From NCBI GenBank assembly GCA_050014195.1, contig JBEKDT010000012.1, forward strand, positions 64,001-128,000: DNA of 64,000 nt, read 5' to 3'. The notes under the pieces are model-generated. The model made no database searches and was not told the DNA's origin. It saw only the letters and a list, made by a program, of their open reading frames with translations. The position numbers and the translations under genes were made by a program. Source of the DNA: Desulfomonilia bacterium (GTDB taxonomy: Bacteria > Desulfobacterota > Desulfomonilia > UBA1062). Of the stretch, positions 32,043-40,609 are shown piece after piece; positions within the stretch are counted from its first letter, which is position 1, and every line of letters begins with the position of its first letter.

Positions 32043-32266
32043 TGACACATACTATCCCCTGGTGAACTCGATAGGAATGTCCCCATGTGAGTTTGATAGA
32101 TCGGCCTCATGTAGGGGCCATGGGGGTTTTAGTGATGAGCAGGAAGGAACGGGTACGGTTATAGGTAATGGGATGGAAGGAGCGGAGCGGGATCAGCCTT
32201 GTAATGGCCGCAGAGGCGATGGGAGTAAGCTATCGGCAGGCGAAGCGGATCTGGAAGCGATACAGG
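32043..32266 (+). mobile_element. ISNCY/IS1202-like left end + transposase N-terminal remnant
   Basis: AACTCGATAGGAATGTCCCC end motif; ORF from 32120 MGVLVMSRKERVRL*..AAEAMGVSYRQAKRIWKRYR (HTH) with an internal stop. Confidence 0.65.
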
Positions 32267-32540
32267 CCGGCTGTTCAGGGATGTTGACAACAACGTCTTC
32301 AATGATGAAGGACTGGCAGGCTACTACAAACCCGGAAGCCCTTTCTTCGTCGGTCAGCTGTATGTCTGATTTACATGCAACAGAGCCGCGGGTTATCTGG
32401 ACCAGGCATTTTCCACAGGTCCCTTTTCCTCCGCAGGGCAGCTCGATCATGATCCCTGCCCGGCCCGCGGCATCCATGAGCAAGGTGCCGGAAGGGACGT
32501 CTATGGTTTTTCCTATGGGAAGAAAGGTGATTTTCGGCAT
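32193..32540 (-). pseudogene. Duplicated 5' part of the RACo gene: complete [2Fe-2S] domain fused to antisense IS sequence
   Basis: Near-identical to 27779-28056 (six substitutions seen); CGGKGTCGKC..AC retained. Confidence 0.85.
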
Positions 32541-32693
32541 ATGAATTTTAGTCTTATCTTTAACTGGACCCCTCACCCTGACACTCTCCCCATAATTATA
32601 TGGGAGAGAGAGGACTGGAGATTCATGGCTTTTATGTATCATACTCCCTGTAGATCATCATGCATAAAAACTTTTTTATTCTCTCATATGCAT

Positions 32694-32758
32694 AGATCTC
32701 ATTTGAATATCTGGAATAATCTGGACCAATAAAAATCAGATAGTTATCGCAGTAATCT
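32694..32758 (+). repeat. Array site 3 (long-flank type)
   Basis: AGATCTCATTTGAATATCT...AGATAGTTATCGCAGTAATCT. Confidence 0.85.
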
Positions 32759-32782
32759 CTACTCTTGAGTTTGCTTAGGATG

Positions 32783-32816
32783 AAAAAAAGCAGGGCCTGA
32801 AATTGACCCTGCTTTT
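32783..32816 (-). terminator. Intrinsic terminator of PEP-CTERM gene 1
   Basis: AAAAGCAGGG..CCCTGCTTTT hairpin with T-run on the minus strand. Confidence 0.8.
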
Positions 32817-32837
32817 AAAATCTTGAGAACCGTAATG

Positions 32838-33359
32838 TTACTTTTTTATCTTCTTTCTAAACCCTGCTAAACCTAACAGACCAGAGCCCAGAAGGAGTAT
32901 GGTGGTCGGTTCAGGGACAGGGGCGCCTTTATCATATTTGAGACATAAAGTGGATGTATCAAGATAGAAAGGAGTTAGACAATTTTTATATGTCATACAT
33001 ACATCAAGGTTTTCTCCAAGATCCCATGTGGCAAATGTACCAGTAATATCGAAAGTTTTATCTCCCCAAAAGAATAATTTATTGTTGCTTATGGTACCCG
33101 TGAAATCATCATTTACATACACCTTATCTTTACTTGGATTTATAAAGAATCCACAGAGTGTAAGTTTTGCTTTGGTTACCACGTCAGGCGGAACCTCAAG
33201 CCCTAGGGGTGTGGGCTGTACCCATGATAGTGTTCCGGAACCAAACAGGTGAGCTTTGTCTAAATCTACTGTACTGGTAAAAACAAGAGCATTCCCTACA
33301 CTACTTACAGCGAACAATAAAACAAATACGCTCAAACAAGAGATAATAACCTTTTTCAT
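32838..33359 (-). CDS. PEP-CTERM sorting-domain protein 1
   Basis: Signal peptide; VPEPTTILLLGSGLLGLAGFRKKIKK. Confidence 0.93.
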   Translation of the reverse strand: MKKVIISCLSVFVLLFAVSSVGNALVFTSTVDLDKAHLFGSGTLSWVQPTPLGLEVPPDVVTKAKLTLCGFFINPSKDKVYVNDDFTGTISNNKLFFWGDKTFDITGTFATWDLGENLDVCMTYKNCLTPFYLDTSTLCLKYDKGAPVPEPTTILLLGSGLLGLAGFRKKIKK

Positions 33360-33398
33360 AATAAACCTCCCAGTTGTTGTTATTGTTAGTTTAAATAA

Positions 33399-33593
33399 TG
33401 CAATAATCAGGCCAATAGAATAATTGTTTTAATTTTAATATAATAGAACGATAATTAAGAGATGAACTTGCTCTATTGTAAATTTTATCGACACTAAAAT
33501 TTATGGTTCTTATGCGAAAAATCCGATAATCACTTTGATTCCATAGCAGTACAAATCATTGCACAATAAATAGTACTGTAAATTAATTCGACA
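33399..33593 (-). promoter_or_regulatory. sigma54 promoter + two TGT-N11-ACA enhancer boxes
   Basis: TGGCCT-GATTA-TTGCA 33414-33399; TGTAAATTTTATCGACA 33477-33493; TGTAAATTAATTCGACA 33577-33593. Confidence 0.8.
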
Positions 33594-33726
33594 GTGATCT
33601 TTTATTCTGACAGAGGCAGATTACTATCTTGCTGGTTGAATAAAAGCCCTCCGCCATCCTGGCTGGCAATTGAAAGTGTAGATAACGTGCCAATCGTTAC
33701 GCTCTGCCGTGATATGACAATTTCGA

Positions 33727-33788
33727 AGATCTGTTCTCAAGATCATCAGTTTTATTCATCTTAAACTGAGATGATATCTTAGTGATCA
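33727..33788 (+). repeat. Array site 4
   Basis: AGATCTG-TTCTC-AAGATCA-TC-AGTTTT-N9-AAACTG-AGATGAT-ATCTTA-GTGATCA. Confidence 0.8.
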
Positions 33789-33861
33789 ACAACATTGATT
33801 GAGGTGAATTATCATGGTAGATGCGGTTATCCATTAAAACACGTTAAGGTAATCATTAAAG

Positions 33862-34317
33862 ATGAATAAGCTGAAAACTGTTCTCGTTTATTTTATAGTC
33901 TTATCCTTGGGAATTGTATGTGGAGGTTATTTGTTCTCCCAATCACAACCCAGATCATTTTTATCAATATCGAATTGTCAACATTGTTTAAGTGAGAATG
34001 ATCTTGTCGGGCTGCTTGCCTCAGTCGGTATACAAAAATTTTCTAAGCTTATCCCTTCTGTTGTATTCGAAACGGACAAAACAATCGCCATTAAGATCCC
34101 GGATACACAGGTTCGTTATCACTATGTCATTATTCCTAAGAAAGACATCAAGAATATCGGTGAACTTACTGATGCCGATGCTCAATATTTAATTGATACA
34201 TTTTTTGTAGCAAGAAAGATCATTGAGGATAAGAACTTATTCAAATATACCCTTCATACAAATGGACCTGGTATTCAAGACGTTACATATTTACATTTTC
34301 ATTTGATAGCCGAGTGA
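33862..34317 (+). CDS. HIT-like domain protein with N-terminal TM/signal
   Basis: HYVIIPKKDI, NGPGIQDVTYLHFHL. Confidence 0.85.
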   Translation: MNKLKTVLVYFIVLSLGIVCGGYLFSQSQPRSFLSISNCQHCLSENDLVGLLASVGIQKFSKLIPSVVFETDKTIAIKIPDTQVRYHYVIIPKKDIKNIGELTDADAQYLIDTFFVARKIIEDKNLFKYTLHTNGPGIQDVTYLHFHLIAE

Positions 34318-34668
34318 CACCGCATCTACCACCACTGTCCCGATCCGCTTCTGATATAAATCGCTTCGCCCTTAATCCTTCAACCATTTCCTATTTACTC
34401 GATGGGAAAACGCAGGAGTCTGCGCTTTTGTGGAGATGCAAGGACGTGTGTCATACCTGGCATCTCAAATAACCAGTCTATATACGTCCTGAGCAATAGT
34501 CCATTCATGAACTCACCCACTTGGGATAGAGGGAGCAAATCAAAACTCTTCCTGCTCGAATAAGGCGATCTTATCTTGAGATTGGTCCTAGGTATCAATG
34601 CCCATCGTGATATTATCGCATGGCATGGCATCAAATGTGGGTTTCAAGATGATGTGGGAAGGAATGAG

Positions 34669-34734
34669 AGATCCTGGATAAGATATTATGGTTGAGTAGA
34701 TGGAGGTGGGATTGATGAGTTATTGCAGGGATCT
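34669..34734 (+). repeat. Array site 5 (degenerate centre)
   Basis: AGATCCT..AAGATAT...GATGAGTTATTGCAGGGATCT. Confidence 0.65.
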
Positions 34735-34764
34735 TTATTTTTCATAGGGTATAAAACGATAGTC

Positions 34765-35160
34765 TCAAAACGGTGCACACAAATAGGACATGAAATTATT
34801 CAAGCCTTTATCATCTTTTCGTGTGAAGATAATTGCCATCCCTGAATCAGTCTTCCGCACCACTTGCCCGATGACCCAGATTACCTTGCCGAACGGCTCT
34901 ACATTAAGGCTAGCACTTACAAAACCATCAACATTAGGGCAATGCCCTGTCTCAACGAACATTCCACCCTTGCTGATGTTACAGACTCTTCCCATCCTGT
35001 TCGCATAATCATTGTCACGATAAGAGAACATCATGTTTACCCTTACTCTCTTATAAGCCCGCTGATTATCCGTAGTCTGAGATATTTTTGCATGAGAAAT
35101 AATTGACGTAGGTTCTTTCAAAACAGTATCCTCCACTTGCAAGCAAAACAGTATAACCAT
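34765..35160 (-). CDS. PilZ-domain protein filling the gap between sites 5 and 6
   Basis: QRAYKRV (RxxxR), NISKGG (D/NxSxxG), GQVVR..GMAIIF. Confidence 0.85.
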   Translation of the reverse strand: MVILFCLQVEDTVLKEPTSIISHAKISQTTDNQRAYKRVRVNMMFSYRDNDYANRMGRVCNISKGGMFVETGHCPNVDGFVSASLNVEPFGKVIWVIGQVVRKTDSGMAIIFTRKDDKGLNNFMSYLCAPF

Positions 35161-35206
35161 AAGTTAACCTGCCATGTCATTTGAATACATAATTAACATC
35201 ATCTAT

Positions 35207-35269
35207 AGATAATATTTCAAGATCATCGGTTTCTGGGCCTTACAAAACCAGAAAGTTATCGCAGAATCA
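35207..35269 (+). repeat. Array site 6 (intron-free reference copy)
   Basis: AGATAAT-ATTTC-AAGATCA-TC-GGTTTC-N10-AAAACC-AGAAAGTT-ATCGCA-GAATCA. Confidence 0.85.
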
Positions 35270-35304
35270 TCGCGTTAACAGTTAGACAGGAATAGATGAA
35301 AAAC

Positions 35305-35337
35305 AAAAAAAGGCAGGGCCTTTCAATGACCCTGCTT
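35305..35337 (-). terminator. Intrinsic terminator of PEP-CTERM gene 2 (homologous to 32783-32816)
   Basis: GCAGGG..CCCTGC hairpin with A7 run. Confidence 0.75.
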
Positions 35338-35361
35338 CTGATATCCAGTCAATATGTTGTA

Positions 35362-35979
35362 TTACTTTTTCAGCTTTTTCCTGAACCCTGCTAGCCCAAT
35401 AAGACCTGATCCAAGAAGAATCATTGTACATGGTTCAGGAACAGGGGGAGTTTTTACAATTAGATCTTGAGCTTTAAAGGGAAGTGTTGTGGGTAGGGCC
35501 ATTTCAGCAATCTCATACCCTGTACCAGTATAATCATATCCTTTAAAATCTTCCATATATTTTGTGAAGTCAGCTTGGACTGTTGGATTACTGATATTAG
35601 TAATCTGTCCATACATAATATCCCATATTGCCAACTGCAATGCTGGAGTATCTGCTTTATTACCCTCTTTGTTAATCAACCATGCTGATTCATAACCAAG
35701 ATAGTCATGGTTTAGGTTGTTAGTAAGGGATACATTATAGTATGTATAAGGAACGTATGTTACATCATACAGGTCAACACAATATCCTGTTGTAGGCTGC
35801 CCATTAATGTTGAGATGAAACTGTCCAGCATACTCACCTGTAGGATTGCCGTTCAAATCAAAATTAACGTAGGTATAGTCATTGATGCTACCAGTAATAT
35901 TGATTGTATTTGCTCCTACTGATGCTGTGAAGCCAAGCACGATAAGTAGTAATGCAACTGTCATGGAAAATTTTTTCAT
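35362..35979 (-). CDS. PEP-CTERM sorting-domain protein 2
   Basis: Signal peptide; GYCVDL, ALQLAIW; VPEPCTMILLGSGLIGLAGFRKKLKK. Confidence 0.93.
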   Translation of the reverse strand: MKKFSMTVALLLIVLGFTASVGANTINITGSINDYTYVNFDLNGNPTGEYAGQFHLNINGQPTTGYCVDLYDVTYVPYTYYNVSLTNNLNHDYLGYESAWLINKEGNKADTPALQLAIWDIMYGQITNISNPTVQADFTKYMEDFKGYDYTGTGYEIAEMALPTTLPFKAQDLIVKTPPVPEPCTMILLGSGLIGLAGFRKKLKK

Positions 35980-36016
35980 ATTGACCTCGTAGATGTTGTT
36001 TTATTAGCGATTATTA

Positions 36017-36032
36017 TCCAATATTTATGCCA
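36017..36032 (-). promoter_or_regulatory. sigma54-like promoter with non-consensus -12 (TTGG)
   Basis: TGGCAT-AAATA-TTGGA at the same position as the PEP-CTERM 1 promoter. Confidence 0.55.
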
Positions 36033-36297
36033 ATTAACGTATGTCTTTGATATAAATAATTAATTACTTCAGACAGTATAAAATAGGGGTATTGGCGTAA
36101 TGGATAAAATAGAAATATATTTCCATAAAGATAGTAATTATTTACATCAATAAAATGCGTAGAACGGCCTATCGATTTCTATGATCATAGAACCAGATAA
36201 CTGTAAATCATACCATCTATAACTGATTGATAAGGTATAATTAATAGATTACGTTATTTGTCATGTGTCACACCCAGAGTTGGTTTGATCTTTTCAT

Positions 36298-37001
36298 AGA
36301 TCTTATTTCAAAATCATCGGTTTTGTGTGTCACGAATGCCGAGAGGCAATGCTGTGTAGGAGATGAGGGGAGGCCCCTCGGAGCCGGTTTACAGGAGCAG
36401 GCTTCAAACCGCCCTAAGCTGCGATGGTAAAGAGCCATGGTGGTGAGCGTTAGGGAAAAGGCGCAAGGAATGCGTCAGGTAGTATCGGAGAGACGAGCGA
36501 AAGCGAACCAATCGATGAGGCATCGAAAATGATCACAGATGATGTCAAAACCAGGGTCCAAAACTAACTCTGGGAACAGCTCAGAGGAAACCTGTTTACT
36601 GTCTGAGCGGCATCCGGTGTAGAGATGGTGTGAATCCGATACGGGCTTTTACACGGAACGTGAGAACCTGTCGTCTGGATGAGAAGGGAGAAATCCAAGG
36701 AGAGGCCCCCCGAGGATGAGAGTACCGATGCCAGGCACAGGGGCGGGACAGCTCGTAGTAGTGAAGAAGCTCCTGTAATGGGAGTGGAGCGAAGGGGCTG
36801 TGTTGTTCAGGAGGTATTTATTGATCAACCAGAAATGGGAGGAATCAATGAGTATTGCCAAGCCAAGCTATACGATTGGCTGAACAATGGGAGCCGGATG
36901 AGCTGAGAGGTTCACGTCCGGTTCTACGAGCAGCTGGGGGTGAAATTCCCCTGGCTGACTTTCCCAGGAATTTCAAAACCAGAAAGTTATCATAGGAATC
37001 T
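36298..37001 (+). repeat. Array site 7, split by a group II intron
   Basis: AGATCTTATTTCAAAATCATCGGTTTT | intron | CAGGAATTTCAAAACCAGAAAGTTATCATAGGAATCT. Confidence 0.85.
36325..36964 (+). mobile_element. ORF-less group II intron ribozyme (bacterial class D, RmInt1-like)
   Basis: 5' GTGTG; RmInt1-like D1-D3 (GGTAAAGAGCCATGGTGGTGAGCG, AAGGGAGAA, GAGAGTACCGATG); D5 GAGCCGGATGAGCTGAGAGGTTCACGTCCGGTTC; D6 GGGGTGAAATTCCCC; IEP reduced to MSIAKPSYTIG*. Confidence 0.92.
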
Positions 37002-37103
37002 TCAGTCCCATCTTCCAATAAGATATTTCATTTCATAAAAAGGAAGTGACTCATATACACTTTGTCTAATCTATTGAACTAGCCCAATTATGATGTTATC
37101 TTT

Positions 37104-37352
37104 TTATTTAACTCCCCAAGCACGATTAGGTTGACACCTAAAAAAAATATATTTAATGGACCAGGTTCGAAAGTTGGATTTTGATAGGTGTATCCATTCA
37201 GTAAAATGAGTAGAAAAAGAAGACAAACTATTGGGAATATCCCTTTCCACATAAGAACCTCCTGTACTCATAAGCTTAGATAAGCCCCTTTTAGATAAAA
37301 TCTCCATAGTGAAAGTCAATAGGCTTAGATGACAACATTTGGTTAAAGTCAT
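37104..37352 (-). CDS. Hypothetical protein (only ORF between sites 7 and 8)
   Basis: ORF track only; AT-rich; no recognised motif. Confidence 0.3.
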   Translation of the reverse strand: MTLTKCCHLSLLTFTMEILSKRGLSKLMSTGGSYVERDIPNSLSSFSTHFTEWIHLSKSNFRTWSIKYIFFRCQPNRAWGVK

Positions 37353-37428
37353 TATAAACTTATAATCAAGGGTATGTATACGTTGCGGTGCCAGGGTGAC
37401 ATGCTTAGATATGGAGGCCTTGCTGCAT

Positions 37429-37491
37429 AGGTTTCAACTTAAGATCATCAGTTTCAGGCATTATAATACCGAGAAGAAATCGCAATAATCT
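37429..37491 (+). repeat. Array site 8
   Basis: AGGTTTC-AACTT-AAGATCA-TC-AGTTTC-N9-AATACC-GAGAAGAA-ATCGCA-ATAATCT. Confidence 0.8.
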
Positions 37492-37647
37492 TTACCCTAG
37501 AGAAAATAAGCTAAATCCCTTTTGATATGATTATAAATCATCGAACTATCAATGGCCGTTAGATCTTGCCACTGTAAGTCTTCTTAAATTTATCAAAATT
37601 AAAGGAGCATATACATCTCTCCTATAGCTCACCTATGATTCATTTTC

Positions 37648-37851
37648 TCACATATGCAATTTCAGCTCGATAATATATGAACCTTCTCCCGTTGTGTATT
37701 TCTCAACTCCTACACCGACATCACGCATTGTAAAGCCAGATGTTTTAGCCGTATTATCGATGTCCTTAATGCATTGAGTAAGCAATTTAAATATTTGTAT
37801 TTTAGTACGCTCAACATTTAATTTGTTGGCCTGTAGAGTTTTTTCCTCCAT
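37648..37851 (-). CDS. Hypothetical 67-aa protein under a sigma54 promoter
   Basis: RBS AAGGAG; MEEKTLQ...IELKLHM. Confidence 0.65.
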   Translation of the reverse strand: MEEKTLQANKLNVERTKIQIFKLLTQCIKDIDNTAKTSGFTMRDVGVGVEKYTTGEGSYIIELKLHM

Positions 37852-37953
37852 GACCGTTCTCCTTTTTCCTCGCATCAGGAGGATCATATGATGATATGTC
37901 TAAGATGAGTTCTAGTTGAAAGTGAATTTTGATAATATATCTAAGCTAGTGTA

Positions 37954-38116
37954 GGCAAATTATGTGCCATCACATAACAGTTTGATATATTTATTTTAAT
38001 TTTATCGTCCTTCCGAAGAATGCAAAGTAATTCGACAGTTCATTATGCTGTATACTTTATATAACATTGAAATTATTAATATTTATATAGGAGCATAACT
38101 GTTAAATATTTCGACA
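37954..38116 (-). promoter_or_regulatory. sigma54 promoter + two enhancer boxes of the PEP-CTERM type
   Basis: TGGCAC-ATAAT-TTGCC 37969-37954; TGCAAAGTAATTCGACA 38021-38037; TGTTAAATATTTCGACA 38100-38116. Confidence 0.8.
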
Positions 38117-38148
38117 GTTCAATTTGATATTTAACACCAATGAACTGA

Positions 38149-38248
38149 AGATTTCGTGCCATGGATCACGCTTAGCCTATAGTATATATCTCTTGAGTTA
38201 ATATCTGGTTGACCATAACTGAAGATGTCGTGACTCTATATGTGGATT
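38149..38248 (+). repeat. Variant array element (homologous to 42594-42691)
   Basis: AGATTTCGTGCCATG..ATATCTG..ACTGAAG..GTG..GGATT; two AGAT-N3-GTG boxes 74 bp apart in both copies. Confidence 0.7.
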
Positions 38249-38251
38249 GAT

Positions 38252-38336
38252 AAAAACCGGACCGCACAAGGGAGCGATCCGGCTTAAGAGGAGGTCAAAA
38301 GTCCGTTCGTCAAGGATGACGAGGAGAGTTTGACTG
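38252..38336 (-). ncRNA. Candidate ~85-nt small RNA
   Basis: TTGCAT-18-TAAACT promoter (38371-38342); 5' hairpin; CTCTCCTC and ACCTCCTCT motifs; terminator CCGGATCGC/GCGGTCCGG + TTTTT; no ORF. Confidence 0.55.
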
Positions 38337-38508
38337 ACAATAGTTTATAAGATCGACTTTGGAAAATGCAACCTTGACGATTCTATGCGGTCTTCTTGGG
38401 CTTCTCATGGGTGGTGTGGAAAGAACCAAAGAATCCTTCAATTCGTAAATCCCTTTTTCAACAGACTCTGCCAGTATCGGCACTCTTACATGATATGACC
38501 ATTTACAT

Positions 38509-39071
38509 ATATCTCATCCGGAGATCATCGGTTTTGTATGTCACGAATGCCGAGAGGCAATGCTGTGTAGGAGATGAGGGGAGGCCCCTCGGAGCCGGTT
38601 TACAGGAGCAGGCTTCAAACCGCCCTAAGCTGCGATGGTAAAGAGCCATGGTGGTGAGCGTTAGGGAAAAGGCGCAAGGAATGCGTCAGGTAGTATCGGA
38701 GAGACGAGCGAAAGCGAACCAATCGATGAGGCATCGAAAATGATCACAGATGATGTCAAAACCAGGGTCCAAAACTAACTCTGGGAACAGCTCAGAGGAA
38801 ACCTGTTTACTGTCTGAGCGGCATCCGGTGTAGAGATGGTGTGAATCCGATACGGGCTTTTACACGGAACGTGAGAACCTGTCGTCTGGATGAGAAGGGA
38901 GAAATCCAAGGAGAGGCCCCCCGAGGATGAGAGTACCGATGCCAGGCACAGGGGCGGGACAGCTCGTAGTAGAGAAGAAGCTCCTGTAATGGTAATGGGA
39001 GTGGAGCGAAGGGGCTGTGTTGTTCAGGAGGTATTTATTGATCAACCAGAAATGGGAGGAATCAGGGATCT
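38509..39071 (+). repeat. Array site 9, carrying the 5' part of the intron; only the terminal GGGATCT box of its right half remains
   Basis: ATATCTCATCCGGAGATCATCGGTTTT | intron fragment | GGGATCT. Confidence 0.8.
38536..39064 (+). mobile_element. Truncated second copy of the group II intron (D1 to start of D4; D5/D6 lost)
   Basis: Near-identical to 36325-36847; starts GTATG; has a GTAATG duplication. Confidence 0.9.
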
Positions 39072-39428
39072 ACAATCCACCCTTAGGAGAAGATGTCTCA
39101 AGTTGTTTATTAAAAGCAGGGTCTCATTATGCAGCCCCTGTCATGCAGCCCCTTGCCCGGAACAATCTGATGATTATTATATAAGGTTCCAATAAAAAGG
39201 ACTCCATGGAATTCCTCATGTGGTCCTCTACGGGAAAGGAGATAACTTTATGGGAAAATGGGATTCGTCATAGGAGTTTTTGTAATGATAGTTCTAGTGC
39301 TTGCGATTGTCTATTTTTAATGCATAGAACACAAGATTTTATGCAAGATACCATCCAAAAAGGAGAAATCGATGGAAAACATTTCTCAGGGAATGAGACA
39401 GATTTTGGATGAACAAATAGTATCTATA

Positions 39429-40295
39429 ATGAAGTCCAAGCTCTTGATTCTATTCGTAGTAGCGGCATTGGCCTCGCTTCTTTACCCACCCTTGGTATCG
39501 GCCACGCCAATACTGGGTTCGGCGCAGAGCTTCGCGGTTCTGGGTCACGAAACGGTGACCAATGGCCATAGCGCCCCGAACCCAACCACTCAAATATACG
39601 GGAATTTGGGTGTGACGCCAAAAACTTCGGTCACTGGCTTTTATCCTGACGGGACCGTGAGCGGAGGAACGATACACATAAATGATGGGGTCGCGCAACT
39701 TGCTCTGGCGGATGCAACGACTGCGTACAATACGCTAGCAGGCTTGCCGTTCGTTTACAACTATACTGGTTTTGTCCTGGGTTCAGCGGGATACACCACG
39801 CTCACGCCGGGTGTCTATCATTTTGACTCATCGGCTCAGTTGACAGGAGCACTCACTCTCGATTTCGAAAACGAGTCCAATAAGGACTTCATTTTCCAGA
39901 TAGGGAGTACGCTCACGACCGCAAGCAGCTCTTCTGTTAACGTCATCAATGGGAATTCAACTGACGGTGTGTATTGGCAGGTCGTAAGTTCTGCGACTCT
40001 GGGTTCAGACACTACATTCGAAGGAAATATTCTTGCTCTTGCAAGTGTTAGCCTTGATCCTCGCGCACAGATTCTGTGCGGGAGAGCCATCGCGCTAACT
40101 GGGGCAGTGTCGTTGATAGACAATCTTATCTCCAACAATAACACCGCCCAAAACTTCGGTAGCGGCCGCTCCGACTTCGGCAGCTACGGCTTCAGTGGCA
40201 GCGCGGCGCCGGTCCCGGAACCCTCAACCATGCTCCTCCTTGGCTCCGGGCTGCTTGGATTGGTGTCATTGGGGAAAAGGTTCAAGAAAGTTTGA
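39429..40295 (+). CDS. DUF3494 ice-binding-like protein with PEP-CTERM tail
   Basis: LGSAQSFAVL, A..DA..AYN.L, TLTPGVY, FIFQIGSTLTTA, VYWQV.SSATLG, F.GNILA; VPEP tail. Confidence 0.9.
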   Translation: MKSKLLILFVVAALASLLYPPLVSATPILGSAQSFAVLGHETVTNGHSAPNPTTQIYGNLGVTPKTSVTGFYPDGTVSGGTIHINDGVAQLALADATTAYNTLAGLPFVYNYTGFVLGSAGYTTLTPGVYHFDSSAQLTGALTLDFENESNKDFIFQIGSTLTTASSSSVNVINGNSTDGVYWQVVSSATLGSDTTFEGNILALASVSLDPRAQILCGRAIALTGAVSLIDNLISNNNTAQNFGSGRSDFGSYGFSGSAAPVPEPSTMLLLGSGLLGLVSLGKRFKKV

Positions 40296-40340
40296 TCAGG
40301 CGTAACAGACGCATTCTTCAGGGGGCAGGTCAGTAAGATT

Positions 40341-40437
40341 GAGATATATGAGGTTGACCCGCTAACCTGCCCCACGTGTTACGGCACGATGCGATACTGG
40401 CCTTCGTCGAGGAAGAGCCGGTAATCCGAAAATACTG
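40341..40437 (+). mobile_element. IS91-family transposase C-terminal remnant (frameshifted)
   Basis: IYEVDPLTCPTCYGTM / ILAFVEEEPVIRK. Confidence 0.7.
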
Positions 40438-40609
40438 CGTACAAAGAATCAGAAATTGGTGACGTGTTCACATTATTCCCCTGCAAGGATGAAAAATAGA
40501 AACGTCCCCTTTTCTCTTTGGGGAGAGGGGACTGGAGATTCATGGCTTTTATGTCTCATACTCCCTGCAGATCATCATGTATAAAAACTATTCATTCTCT
40601 CATATGCAC

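Noticed and set aside
34395-34634. Lon-like snippet LRTYIDWLFEMP
   Set aside because: Only ~12 residues of resemblance; cannot be supported without a search.
36649-39195. ORF-track entries 36649-36861, 36679-36906, 38396-38641, 38860-39045, 38890-39195
   Set aside because: They lie within structured intron RNA and have no RT motifs.
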